Numbered from the stretch's first letter, positions 39,022 through 50,932 are shown. The stretch is DNA of 64,000 nt from an uncultured Gemmatimonadaceae bacterium (GCA_963829055.1 CAWHHI010000012.1:96001-160000), one strand, 5' to 3'. Notes: generated from the letters alone by a model not told the origin. Made by a program: numbers and translations.

Positions 39022-39227
39022 TGGCGGTGCATCGATGCTCGACGTGCGGCCGCTTTCGCGACTATGCCGAGGGCGATCGATTCTGCCTGGTGTGCGGCAA
39101 TGAGTCCATTGAAGTCGGGTGCGCGTGCGGCCGCAACTTCGACTACGCGCTGACCGAGGATGGCGACCTCCACTGCCCTCGTTGTGGCGTGCGACTGAGG
39201 GGCCGGTCGACCGAATTTGAGGCGTAG
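39021..39227 (+). CDS. Small double zinc-ribbon protein (68 aa)
   Basis: CSTC, CLVC, CAC, CPRC; start overlaps envC stop. Confidence 0.7.
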   Translation: MAVHRCSTCGRFRDYAEGDRFCLVCGNESIEVGCACGRNFDYALTEDGDLHCPRCGVRLRGRSTEFEA

Positions 39228-39339
39228 ACGGGGGTTTGAACGTGCTGGGTGCTGGGTGGTAATGCTGGTGGCTGGGTGACGCTGGATGCCGAGCTGCGAG
39301 CCCAGTTGGCCGAACACGGCGCGACGTTTTCATTTCCGA

Positions 39340-40230
39340 GTGCCTCGTCCAAGTCCCCCACCCCAGTCGCCAGTCCCCGCACCCTTGCTCTTGGGCGCCC
39401 ACACATCCATTGCTGGGGGCACCCACGAAGCCCCGCCCCGCGCCAAGGCCATTGGCGCGACCGCGATGCAGATCTTCACGAAGATGGCGAACCGGTGGGC
39501 CGAGCGTGAATGCGAGGCACCTGAGCTCGATCTCTTTCGCTCGGCCCTCGCGGATACCGACCTCCGCGCGCTGAACGCGCACGATAGCTATCTCATCAAC
39601 CTCGCGTCGCCAGACGAGGTCCTGCGCGCCAGATCCATCGAGTCGTTCGTCTGCGAGCTCCGCCGCTCGCAGGCGTTAGGCCTGGGCGCCCTCGTGTCGC
39701 ACCCCGGCAACTACATGGACGAGCGCGCCAGCGGGGTCGCGCGCAACGCTGACGCCATCACTCAAGCGCTGACGTGCGTGCCGGGGCCGCTCAAGCTCTT
39801 GCTCGAGACCACCGCCGGGAGCGGCACCGCGCTCGGCGCGACGTTCGAGGAGTTGGCCGAGATCATCGCGCGCGTACCGGAGCCGCTCCGCCAGCGAGTC
39901 GGCGTCTGCATCGACACCGCGCACATTTTCGGCGCCGGCTACGATCTCGCGAATGCGTACGACGACGTCATCGCGCGATTCGACGCTACGGTTGGGCTCG
40001 ACCGGCTCGGCGCCATGCACCTGAACGACTCGAAGGTTCCGCTCGGGTCGCGCCGCGATCGCCATGAGCTCATTGGCGAGGGTGCGATCGGCGAGGGTGC
40101 CTTTCGACGCATCATGACGGACGACCGCCTCACTGCAGTGCCCAAGCTGATCGAGACCCCGAAGCTCGATGATCCCGAGACGACCGACCGTCGCATGCTC
40201 GAACGCTTGCGCGGGTACGCCAGTGGCTGA
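39340..40230 (+). CDS. nfo: Endonuclease IV
   Basis: GAHTSIAGG, HDSYLINLAS, HPG, LLETTAG, CIDTAH, HLNDSK, RDRHE, ETP. Confidence 0.95.
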   Translation: MPRPSPPPQSPVPAPLLLGAHTSIAGGTHEAPPRAKAIGATAMQIFTKMANRWAERECEAPELDLFRSALADTDLRALNAHDSYLINLASPDEVLRARSIESFVCELRRSQALGLGALVSHPGNYMDERASGVARNADAITQALTCVPGPLKLLLETTAGSGTALGATFEELAEIIARVPEPLRQRVGVCIDTAHIFGAGYDLANAYDDVIARFDATVGLDRLGAMHLNDSKVPLGSRRDRHELIGEGAIGEGAFRRIMTDDRLTAVPKLIETPKLDDPETTDRRMLERLRGYASG

Positions 40231-40318
40231 CCACGGGATGCGCGTCCAGCGACAGCCTGTTTCATCACATGGACCGGTGGCCGTGGCATCAGTGGCGCCC
40301 ACCGGATAACGTTTGTTC

Positions 40319-40666
40319 ATGCGCCGAACGACGGGCCTCATGCGAGCGCTGTGGCGGGTCACGATCCTGCTGCAACTCCTGCTGCCGACTTTCGTGTCCA
40401 TTGCGGACGCGAAGGCCGAGCGCGACGCTATGAGCGCGCGCGCCTATTCGCACGTCGAGGCGACAACTGGCAAGGACTGCGCGCGTGCTCACAAGCCGGA
40501 CTGCGCGCTCTGCCAGCATCTCACGACACCCATAGCGAAGGCGGCCAAGCCAGCGCCGCCGCTGTACGCGGCGCGGTGCGCGCCGCCCGCCGTCGAGCGC
40601 AGTGTTGTTCCGGTAACAGCGAGATCGCCGCGACCTACCCTCCCGCGCGCGCCGCCACAGAACTGA
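40319..40666 (+). CDS. DUF2946/CruR-like small protein with signal segment, CxxC and C-terminal RAPP
   Basis: Hydrophobic N-terminus, HKPDCALCQH, ...PRAPPQN*. Confidence 0.7.
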   Translation: MRRTTGLMRALWRVTILLQLLLPTFVSIADAKAERDAMSARAYSHVEATTGKDCARAHKPDCALCQHLTTPIAKAAKPAPPLYAARCAPPAVERSVVPVTARSPRPTLPRAPPQN

Positions 40667-40788
40667 GCGCATCGCACCGCCCGGTGCGACGGTACCGAAC
40701 ATTCGGACCACTCCGCCCCCGAAATCGCACGGCCTAACGCGCCGTGTGGCCGTCGGGAGGCTCACCGCGCTCAGGAGCATTGCTCAAC

Positions 40789-42124
40789 ATGAGATTCTTT
40801 CCCGCGCCACTGGCGCGCGCCCCTGGCATCCGCGCGATGCTCTGGGCGGCAGTTGTCCTGCTTGCCGCCATTGCTGGGGCGGCGAACGCGCAGCAACGCG
40901 ATTCGACGCGCCGCACGCCGCGAGACTCGGTTCGCGCCGATAGTGCACGCGTCGCGGATTCGATCGCCGTCGTTCGCGAGCTGGAACGGTTGCAGAACGA
41001 ACCAAAGACGCCGAGTCCTGCGCAGCAACCCGGCCAGGGTGGTCCCACCAACGCGCGCCTCCTTCCCGATATCAGCGCGGTCGGCGACCTCGTGGCCGAC
41101 CTGTCGCCGAAAGGCAGCACGCAGGAAGGCGGTGAGCGGTTCGCGATTCGCGAGGTCGAAGTCGCGATCCAGGCCGCCGTCGATCCGTATTTCCGCGGCG
41201 ACATTTTCCTCGGGATCTCGGATCTCGAAAAGATCTCGATCGAGCAGGCCTACCTCACTGCCACATCGCTGCCGTGGGGCCTCGAGGTCCGACTCGGCCG
41301 CTATCTGATGCCGGTCGGCAAGCAGAACACGACGCACCGGCACGACCTGCACACGGTCGACTACCCGTACGTCATCCAGCGCTTCTTCGGTGAGGAGGGG
41401 CTCAAGGGGACAGGCGTGTACGCGTCCAGGATCTTCGCCCCGTTCGGCTTCTACCAGGAAGCTCATCGTCACGGCGGTCGACCGCTTCGGCGAGGCGCCC
41501 GAGGGACTCACAACCGTCGATCCGGTCAACAAGCAGCTCAGCGGCCTCGGTTACTCGGCGCGACTCCGCAACTACTGGGACCTCAACGAGGCGAGCAACG
41601 TCGAGCTGTCGTTTTCCGGAATTACCGGGAAGCGCGAGCAGCCCGTGTTAGGCGACGACCGCATCTCTTGCGACGCCGGCTCGGCAGAGCGTGCTCGGGG
41701 CGGACTTCACGTATCGCTGGCGTCCGCTCCAGCAGGGGCTCTACAAGTCGTTCATCCTGCAGGCCGAGTTCATGCAGCAGCTGAACGAGAGCGATCCGCG
41801 TCTCGATTGCTGCCCGATGATGTCTCGTCGGCCGATGTGACTGTATGGCGGGCCCACTCGCGACTTCTCCGGCGCGTATGCGTTCGCGCGCTATCAGCTC
41901 ACGCGGCGCGGGTTCCTCGGCGCCCGCTTCGACACGTTCCAGGATGAACCGCCGAAGGGCGAACGTCGACGGCGGTTTCGGGGTACCTGGAGTTCTTCCC
42001 GAGTGAGTTCTCGAAGCTGGTGGCCGGTTACGAGCGGTACTCGCCGGCACAGGGCGCCGCGACCAATCGCATCCTCCTGCAGGCTACGTTCGCGCTCGGA
42101 CCTCACAAGCCGCACCCATTCTGA
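40789..42124 (+). CDS. Outer-membrane beta-barrel protein associated with metal ABC uptake (frameshifted)
   Basis: Signal peptide; PDISAVGD, EVEVAIQAAVDPY, EQAY, NTTHRHD, C-terminal GPHKPHPF. Confidence 0.7.
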
Positions 42125-42158
42125 CATTGTCGGCGCCGCTGGCGCCCAGGAGTATTTG

Positions 42159-43089
42159 ATGGGAACCCATCGACTGTTCACCACGCTCGCGTTGGCCACG
42201 GCGCTCCTGTCGCCGGCACCTGTCGTCGGGGTGTCGACGGCCTCAGCGCAGCTCAAGGTCGTAACCAGCACGACCGACCTGTACGACATTGCCAAGCAGG
42301 TCGGCGGGAACAAGATCACCGCGACACACATTGGCGAGGGATATCAGGACCCGCACTTCATCGAAGCGAAGCCGAGCTTCGTCCTGCAGCTGCGAGACGC
42401 CGACGTCTGGGCGTTCGTCGGACTCGATCTCGAGATCGGGTGGATGCCACTGCTCCTGCAGGGCGCGCGCAACCCGAAGTTGCAGCCCGGAAAGCCGGGC
42501 TACGTCGACGCATCGCGCGTGATCACGGTCCTCGACATGGCGCGGGGCAACGTCGACCGCAGCCAGGGCGACGTGCACCCGTTAGGCAACCCGCACTACT
42601 GGCTCGACCCGGAGAACGGTCGCCGCATCGCCAAGCTGTTCCGCGAGACGTTCTCGCAGCTCGACGCCAAGAATGCGTCGACGTACGCCGCGAACGCAGA
42701 AGGCGTTCACACAGCGGCTCGACGCCGCGGAGCAGAGCTGGAAAGCGGACCTCGCGAAGATCAAGGGACAGCCGGTCGTCGCCTGGCACACGAGCTGGCG
42801 CTACTTCGCCGAGTATACCGGGATGAACATCGTCGGCTTCATGGAACCGAAGCCGGGCGTTCCGCCGTCGCCGTCGCATCTCGCGGGGCTGATTCAGACG
42901 ATGAAGCAGACGGGCGCCAAGGTGATCGTGATGGAACCGTTCTACGATCGCAAGACGGCGGATTTCGTGGCGAGCAAGACCGGGGCAAAGGTGCTGGTGC
43001 TGCCCCCATCGGTCGGCGGAACGAAAGGGCTCGACGACTACATCCAGCTCATGACGAACGACATTCACCAGCTCGCGGCCGCGCTCTGA
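42159..43089 (+). CDS. Zn/Mn ABC transporter substrate-binding protein (ZnuA/TroA cluster)
   Basis: QDPHF, GLDLEIGW, GDVHPLGNPHYWLDP, WHTSWRYF, EPKPGVPPSPSH. Confidence 0.92.
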
Positions 43090-43090
43090 C

Positions 43091-43870
43091 ATGACCATCG
43101 CTCGTCACCTTCGACCGCGCGACGCTCGGCTACGGACGTCGCGCGGTGCTCACCGACATCTCCTTCGACATTCCCGGAAGGGGACTTTCTCGGCCTCGTC
43201 GGACCTAACGGCGCCGGCAAGACCACGATCCTTCGCGCGCTCCTCGGGAGCCTCACGCCGCTCAGCGGGACCGTGTCGCGCGCGCCCGACGCTCCGTTTC
43301 GGTTACGTCCCGCAGCGCGATCAGGTCGACTACAACTTTCCCGCTCAAGGTTCTCGACGTCGTGCATGATGGGACGCTACGACCGCATCGGCCTCGGTCG
43401 CCGCCCCACGGAAGACGACCGGCGGCGCGCGCACGAGGCGCTCGAGCACGTCGGCATCGACCGACTGGCCGATCATCCGCTCGCCGATCTGTCCGGTGGT
43501 CAGAAACAGCGCACGCTCATCGCTCGCGCGCTCGTCGGCGAGCCTAACGTGCTCGTGCTCGATGAGCCGACGAACGGCATGGATCTCGTCGCGACGACGC
43601 AGATCCTCGGGCTCGTGCGCGAGCTGCACGACCGTGACGGCCTCACGGTGCTCATGGTCAGTCACGCACTGAACGAAGTCGCCAACTACGTGGAGCGCAT
43701 CGCGCTCGTCGTCGAGGGCGGATTTCGCATCGGTACGACAGACGAGATCATGACCGAGGAGGCGCTCAGCCAGATGTACGGGATCCCGGTCGAGGTCGAC
43801 TCGTTCGCACGGCCATCGCATCGTCGTCGCGCGTCGTGCCGGCGCCGAACCGGTTACCGACCATGTTTAG
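43091..43870 (+). CDS. Metal ABC transporter ATP-binding protein (ZnuC-like); end approximate
   Basis: GPNGAGKTT, GYVPQ, LSGGQKQR, LDEPTNG, VSHAL. Confidence 0.9.
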
Positions 43871-44696
43871 CACTGTCCTTCTCTTTCGCGAAGCGCTCTA
43901 CGGCGCGCTCGTGATCGCGCTCGCGTGCTCGGTCCTCGGCGTGTACGTCGTGCTGCGGCGGATCGTATTCGTCGGCGCTGCCCTCGCGCAGATCTCGTCG
44001 GCGGGCATTGCGCTCGCGCTCTGGCTTGCCGGGGCGGGTATTGCGTTAGGCGCGATCGGTCATCCCACGGTGGTTTCGCTCCTGCTGACGCTCGTCGCCG
44101 TACTGTTCTTCGCTGGCGGCGACACGCGGCCGCATTCCGCCCGACGCGACGATCGGCGTCACATACGCCGTCGCGGCCGCGCGTCGGCATCATTCTCATC
44201 GCCAAAGCGGCGTCAGGCGAAGCGCACGACATCTTCCTCTCGCGGCAACATCCTCGGCATCACGCGGAGCGACACGCTCGTGCTGCTCGCGGTCGCGGTG
44301 CCGGTGCTCGCGCTCCACCTCGTGTTCTACAAGGAGCTGCTGTTCGTCTCGTTCGACCGCGAGACGGCGCGCACGCTTGGCTACAACGTGCGGCGGTGGG
44401 ACCTGCTGCTCTATCTCACGCTCGGGCGTCGTGATCGCGTCCGCGATGCAGTTCGCCGGCGTGATGCTCGTGTTCAATTTCCTCGTGCTGCCGGCGGTGA
44501 CCGGCCTGCTGCTCTCTCACACCATGCGCGGCGTGTTCTTCTGGTCGGTAGCGTCCGCGCTCGTCGCCGCGTGTCGTCGGCTTCTCGCTGTCGGTCCCGT
44601 TCGACCTGCCGTCGGGACCCGCGATATCCGCCGCGTCGGGCGTCCTGGTGCTGCTCGCGTGGGCCGGACGGAGGATCATCGCCCGAAGCTGAGTGA
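43863..44696 (+). CDS. Metal ABC transporter permease (ZnuB-like)
   Basis: LGVYVVLRRIVFVGAALAQ, GNIL, YKELLFVSFD, LVLPA. Confidence 0.9.
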   Translation: MFSTVLLFREALYGALVIALACSVLGVYVVLRRIVFVGAALAQISSAGIALALWLAGAGIALGAIGHPTVVSLLLTLVAVLFFAGGDTRPHSARRDDRRHIRRRGRASASFSSPKRRQAKRTTSSSRGNILGITRSDTLVLLAVAVPVLALHLVFYKELLFVSFDRETARTLGYNVRRWDLLLYLTLGRRDRVRDAVRRRDARVQFPRAAGGDRPAALSHHARRVLLVGSVRARRRVSSASRCRSRSTCRRDPRYPPRRASWCCSRGPDGGSSPEAE

Positions 44697-44763
44697 TCGC
44701 TGACCATGGAGCGGCGGGCCAGGCCGCTGGTCGCCGTGGGCCTCAGCGGCATACCTTCCGCGC

Positions 44764-45431
44764 ATGTCACGGGTGAGGGTCATCACCGAGCGCGACGTCC
44801 GACGCGCCGCGAAAGACGGGACGCGCGAGCTCGATGCCGCCGGCGCCGTCGTCACGCCGAGCGCGAAGGACGTCGCCGCTCGGGTTGGAGTAACGCTCAA
44901 AGTCTCGAAGTCGGCGTCGATGCGCACCCGTCACCGCGACAGGTTCGCGCCGAGCCGAAGTCGCGGCTCCGCGCCAGGCGAACCGTTGCCGTCGGAGCGG
45001 ATCACGGCGGCGCGACGCTCAAGGATGCCGTCATCGATCGCCTGCGCGAGATCGGACACGACGTCACCGATCTCGGCACGAGTGGCACCGCCGCCGTCGA
45101 CTACCCTGATTACGCGATCGCCGTCGCGCGGGCGGTTGCGGGCGGCGCCGCGCAGGTCGGCATCATGGTCGACGGCGCCGGCATCGGCAGTTGCATGGCC
45201 GCGAACAAGATCGCTGGCGCCCGCGCGGCGATGTGTTACGACGTGACGACGGCGCAGAACGCGCGCGAGCACAATAACGCGAACGTGCTCACGCTCGGCG
45301 GTGGCCTCATCGGACCACGACTCGCGCTCGCGATCGTCGAGACCTTCCTCTCCACGCCGTTCGGTGGCGGCCGGCACGCAACGCGCGTTGCGAAGATCGA
45401 CGCACTCGACGCGCCGCGGGCTCAGCGTTAG
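44764..45431 (+). CDS. rpiB: Ribose-5-phosphate isomerase B with N-terminal extension (frameshift in linker)
   Basis: GADHGG, DYPD, DGAGIGS.MAANK, AREHNNANVL, F.GGRH..RV.KI. Confidence 0.9.
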
Positions 45432-45460
45432 GGCCCACGGTCCACGTATCTCTCTTCATC

Positions 45461-47745
45461 ATGAACCGCGAAGACGCCCTCGAGTACCACGCCCTGCCCC
45501 GCCCTGGGAAGATCGCCGTCGTCCCGACGAAGCGACTCACGAATCAGCGGGACCTTTCGCTCGCGTACTCGCCCGGGGTCGCCGAACCCTGTCTCGAGAT
45601 CAAGCGGAATCCGGATGACGCGTATCGGTACACGTCGAAGGGCAACCTCGTCGCCGTCGTAACCAACGGTACCGCTGTGCTCGGCCTCGGCAACATTGGG
45701 GCGCTCGCGGGCAAGCCGGTGATGGAAGGCAAAGGCAATCTCTTCAAGCAATTCGCCGATCTCGACGTCTTCGATCTCGAGGTCGGGTCGGAGAATCCCG
45801 ACGACGTCATCCGGTTCTGCCAGCTGCTCGAGCCGACCGTCGGTGGCATCAACCTCGAGGACATCCGCGCGCCGGACTGCTTCTACATCGAGGAGACGCT
45901 CCGGAAGACGATGAAGATCCCCGTCTTCCACGACGATCAGCACGGCACCGCGATCATCTCCGGCGCCGCGCTCATGAATGCGCTCGAGATCGTTGGGAAG
46001 CCAATCGACACCGTGCGCGTCGTGTTCTCCGGCGCCGGCGCCGCCGCGATCGCCACCGCGACGCACTACGAGCGACTCGGCGTACGCCACGAGAACATCC
46101 TCATGTGCGATCGTGCGGGCGTGATCTACGCCGGCCGCGCGAACGACATGGACCCGTACAAGGCGCGCTTCGCGAACGAGACGACCGCGCGCACGATCGC
46201 CGACGCGCTGGACGGCGCGGACGTGTTCGTCGGGCTGTCGGTGGCCGGAGCGGTCACGAGCGAGATGATCGCGCGCATGGCCACGAATCCGATCATCTTC
46301 GCGCTCGCGAACCCGGTGCCGGAAATTCTGCCGGACGAGGTTCGCTCGGTGCGCGAGCGACGCGATCATCGCGACGGGGCGCAGCGACTATCCGAATCAG
46401 GTCAACAACGTTCTCGGCTTTCCGTTCATTTTCCGCGGCGCGCTGGACGCACGCGCCACGGAAGTGAATGAAGAGATGAAGATGGCGGCGACGCGCGCGC
46501 TCGCCGCGCTCGCGAAGGAAGAAGTGCCGGAGAGCGTGACGGCGCTGTACGGGCTGCGGTCGGTCAAGTTCGGGCGCGATTATCTCATTCCCTTCCCGTT
46601 CGATCCCCGCGTGCTGTTGTGGGTGGCGCCGGCGGTCGCGTGGGCCGCGGTCGCGAGCGGCGTCGCCAAGGAGTTCGTGGACGTCGAGGACTATCGCGAT
46701 CAGCTCGAGGCTCGACTCGGGCGCGCGCGCGGACTCATTCGCGGCATCATCAACCGCGCGGTTCGCGATCCCAAGCGTATCGTGTTCCCCGAAGGCGAGG
46801 AGCCGAAGATTCTGCGCGCCGCGCGGATCATCGTCGACGACGGCATCGGCTATCCCGATCCTGCTCGGGCAATCGCGACGTCATCGAGCGCAACGCCGCG
46901 GCGGCCGGGATATCGCTCGAGGATCTCGAGATCGAGGATCCATCGACGTCGGCGCACCGCGAGCGCTACGCGGAGTTCCTGTGGCAGCGCCGTCAGCGAA
47001 AGGGCATGAGCTCCGGCGAGGCGCTACGGCGTCTCTACAACGGCAACTACTTTGGCTCTGTCATGGTCGCCTGCGGCGACGCGGATGCGCTGGTGTCCGG
47101 CATGACCATGCAGTATCCGGAGACGATCCGCCCCGCGCTCGAAGTCGTCGGCGCGCATCCGCGCGCCGGGCTCGTGAGCGGCATGTACATGCTCGTGTTC
47201 GACCGGCACGTCGTCTTCTGCGCCGACACGACGGTCAACATCGATCCAACCGCCGAGCAGCTCGCGCAGATCGCCTATGCGGCGTCTCGCATCGTGGCGC
47301 ACGTTCGGGATCGAGCCTCGCATTGCGATGCTGAGCTTCTCGAACTTCGGCTCGGTCCGGCATCCTGACGCGGAAAAGGTCTCGCGCGCGGTTCAGCTCG
47401 TTCGCCAGCGCGACCCGAACCTCGTCGTGGACGGCGAAATGCAGGCGGATAGCGCCCTCGACGAGCGCATTCTCGGCCGAGAGTTATCCGTTCAGCGCCT
47501 TGAAGGAACCGGCCAACGTATTGATATTTCCGAACTTGAGCGCTGGGAACATCGCGTATAAGCTGCTCAACAAGCTCGGCGGCGCGACGGCCATCGGGCC
47601 GATTCTCATCGGCATGCGTCACCCCGTCCACGTCCTGGAGCACGGCGCGGACGTGCAGGAAATCGTCAACATGGCCGCCGTCGCAGTCATCGACGCGCAG
47701 TCACGGACCGCAACGGTCGACGTCGCAGGCGTAACAGGAAACTGA
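45461..47745 (+). CDS. maeB: NADP-dependent malic enzyme with PTA-like domain
   Basis: [56 protein letters not shown]. Confidence 0.95.
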
Positions 47746-47796
47746 CCGACGACTCGTCGGACGAGCGACGAACCTTTTTACCGGACATTCGAGAAC

Positions 47797-49421
47797 ATGG
47801 CAACGCAGACCAAGCCCGCCACGGGAGCGCCTGACGCGACGAAGGGACTCGAAAGCAGGGGCTGCGCCCGAGCGGTGAGGTCCATTGGAACCTCGTGGCG
47901 CCCGAGCTGATGCTCGCCGCCGCGCGCCGCGGCGAGGGCGAGTTCGCCGACATGGGCCCGTTCGTGCGCAGTCACGTCGCCGCACACCGGCCGTTCGCCG
48001 AACGACAAGTTCGTCGTGCGCGAGCCCGCCACCGAGGGCGACATCGACTGGGGCAAGGTGAACCAGCCGTACTCCGCCGCCCACTTCGAGACGCTGCTGG
48101 CCGACGTCCGCGCGTATCTCGACCAGCAGCCGGAGCTGTTCGTGCAGGACCTCCGCTGCGGCGCCGACCCGGCCCATCGCCTGAGCGTCCGCTACGTGAT
48201 GCCTAACGCCTGGCACGCGGCGTTCGTGCGGAACATGTTCATCCGCCCGGACGCAGAGCGAGCTGCCGACGTTCGAGCCGAACTTCACGGTGCTGCACGC
48301 GCCCGAGTTCCAGGCCGATCCGGCTCGGCACGGTACGCGGACCGAGCACGTTCATCGTCCTGAATTTCGCGCAAGCGCATGATCCTCATCGGCGGCACGC
48401 GCTACGCCGGTGAGCTCAAGAAGTCGATGTTCACGGTCATGAACTACTTCATGCCGAAGGACGGCGTGCTCTCCATGCACTGCTCGGCCAACGTCGGGCC
48501 GCAGGGAGACACCGCGCTGTTCTTCGGTCTGTCCGGCACCGGCAAGACGACGCTCTCGGCGGATCCGGAGCGCTCGCTCATCGGCGACGACGAGCACGGC
48601 TGGGCGGAGACGGGCATCTTCAACTACGAAGGCGGCTGCTACGCGAAGGTCATCAACCTCTCGGCCGAGGGCGAGCCGGACATCTACGCGACGACGCAGA
48701 TGTTCGGGACGATCCTCGAGAACGTGGTGCTGGAACCGACGCTCGAAGAAGGTGAAGTTCGAGGACCAGTCGATCACCGAGAACACGCGCGCCTCGTATC
48801 CGCTGCCGTACATCCGCGAACCACGTGCCGAGCGGTCGCGGCGGTCACCCGAAGAACGTCGTGTTCCTCACGGCGGACGCGTTCGGCGTGCTCCCGCCCA
48901 TCGCGCGCCTAACGCGCGAGCAGGCGATGTACTACTTCCTGTCCGGGTACACGGCGAAGGTCGCCGGCACCGAGCGTGGCGTCACCGAGCCGCAGGCGAC
49001 GTTCAGCGCCTGCTTCGGCGCGGTGTTCCTCGTGTGGCACCCGACGAAGTACGCGGAGATGCTGGGTCGCCTGCTCGCGGAGCACGATTCGCACGTGTGG
49101 CTGGTGAACACCGGGTGGAGCGGCGGTGCGTACGGCGTGGGCAAGCGCATGAAGCTCGGCTACACGCGCGCCATGGTGCGCGCGGCGCTGGCGGGTCAGC
49201 TCGACCAGGTGCCGACGCAGACCGACGAGCGCTTTGGACTCGCGGTGCCGACGCAGGTCCCGGGCGTTCCGTCGGAAGTCATGCGCCCGCGCGATACGTG
49301 GAGCGACGCCGCGGCGTACGACGCGCAGGCGAAGAAGCTGGCCGAGATGTTCAGGAAGAACTTCGAGAAGTTCGGCAGCAACATCTCGCCAGCCATCGCT
49401 GACGCGGGACCGAAGGTCTAA
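47797..49421 (+). CDS. pckA: Phosphoenolpyruvate carboxykinase (ATP)
   Basis: [49 protein letters not shown]. Confidence 0.97.
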
Positions 49422-49490
49422 CGAGCGCGCGGCGCTGGCTGGACGGCAGGCAGCTGCACAAGCACCGCCGCACCCGCGACCAGTCTGTCC

Positions 49491-50723
49491 GTGATCATCA
49501 GAGACCCACTGTGGAACAACATCCGTGTCGACGCGCTGGCTTTGCAGCTCGTCGACACGCCTGTATTTCAGCGGCTCCGATACGTTAGGCAGCTCGGCCT
49601 CGCGTACCTGGTGTACCCCGGCGCCACTCACACGCGGTTCGAGCACGCGCTCGGCGCCTACCACCTCGCGCGACTGACGCTGTCGCTGCTCGACGAGCGC
49701 GGTGAGCTGGACGGCGTGTCCCTCGAGGAGCGCGCGATCGCGCAGGCAGCCGCGCTGCTGCATGACGTCGGGCACTACCCGTTCTCGCACGCGCTCGAGG
49801 AGATCGGCGCGCTGCACCACGAACAGGTCGCGACGCCACTCGTGCTCGGCGGCTCGGTAGGGGCCGCGCTCACGGCGACGCTCGGAGCGAGCGCGCCGGA
49901 GCGCGTGCTGGCGCTGATTCGCGGCGTGAGCGAGTCCCCGCTGCAGGGACTCGTGTCCGGATCGCTCGACCTCGATAAGATCGAGTACCTCAAGCGCGAC
50001 GCGCTCATGTGTGGCGTGCCGTACGGCGAGATCGACGTCGACCGTCTGCTCAACTCGCTGGTTCTCGTCGACGAGCCCGCAACTGGCCGCCGCGTCGTCG
50101 GCGTGCTGGAGAAAGGACTGTCCGCGCTCGAGTCGCTGCTGTTCGCGAAGTACCAGATGTACCGGAATGTCTACTGGCATCATGCCGTTCGGAGCGCAAC
50201 GGCGATGTACAAGCGGCTCGTCGACGAGGCGCTCACCGCCGGGGACATCGACCCGCAGGCGCTCAGCACGTTCGACGATGAGGGCCTGCTCCATCGACTT
50301 GCACATCGCGGCGCTCCGCCGCTGTTGGTGGCGCTGCGCGAGCGACGACTCTACAAGCGCGTGCTCGAATGCCCTGCGGCGGAGCTCGCGGGCGAGGATC
50401 CCGAGTGGATCGCGGACGACCGCGGCCTCACCATCGAGATGGAAGATCGCATCGCCGCGCAACTCGGACTCTCGGCCGGCGAGATCCTGCTCGACTTTCC
50501 GGCGAAGACGCAGATGCTGGGCCTCGACCTGCCGGTCGTGCGCCGATCGGGCGAAGTCCGGCGCCTAACGACTGCCGGGCTCGAAGGCGCGATCAACCTT
50601 CCGGTGCTGTCGGAGCAGCTGTACCGCTCCGCCCGATGGCTCCGCGTGTTCGCGGTGCGGCGCATCGAGGTGCCGCGCACCGAGCTGCTCGATCAGCTCA
50701 TGCGAGTGACCGCCGGCGCCTGA
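49491..50723 (+). CDS. HD-domain phosphohydrolase (dNTP triphosphohydrolase-like)
   Basis: FQRLRYVRQLG, YPGATHTRFEH, LLHDVGHYPFSH, DLDKIEYL.RD, MYRNVYWH. Confidence 0.9.
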   Translation: MIIRDPLWNNIRVDALALQLVDTPVFQRLRYVRQLGLAYLVYPGATHTRFEHALGAYHLARLTLSLLDERGELDGVSLEERAIAQAAALLHDVGHYPFSHALEEIGALHHEQVATPLVLGGSVGAALTATLGASAPERVLALIRGVSESPLQGLVSGSLDLDKIEYLKRDALMCGVPYGEIDVDRLLNSLVLVDEPATGRRVVGVLEKGLSALESLLFAKYQMYRNVYWHHAVRSATAMYKRLVDEALTAGDIDPQALSTFDDEGLLHRLAHRGAPPLLVALRERRLYKRVLECPAAELAGEDPEWIADDRGLTIEMEDRIAAQLGLSAGEILLDFPAKTQMLGLDLPVVRRSGEVRRLTTAGLEGAINLPVLSEQLYRSARWLRVFAVRRIEVPRTELLDQLMRVTAGA

Positions 50724-50747
50724 CGTCAGCCCGATGTCAGCCTGATT

Positions 50748-50927
50748 TCAGGACGCCGCGGCGCGCTTGCCATGCGCCTCGGCGAGCTTGCGTGCGATCG
50801 CCCGATAGAACGCCGCGTCCTCGCGCTTCTCCTGCGATTCCAACGAGAGCGCCGCCAGCTCGAGAGCGTACAGGATGTTCCCGAGGTAGAGCTCCGCGAG
50901 CGCGCCGACCGACTGCTCCTCGGTCAC
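50748..50927 (-). CDS. Small hypothetical helical protein (59 aa)
   Basis: GTG start just after PP2C stop: TEEQSVGALAELYLGNILYALE... Confidence 0.5.
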   Translation of the reverse strand: MTEEQSVGALAELYLGNILYALELAALSLESQEKREDAAFYRAIARKLAEAHGKRAAAS

Positions 50928-50932
50928 GCCGC

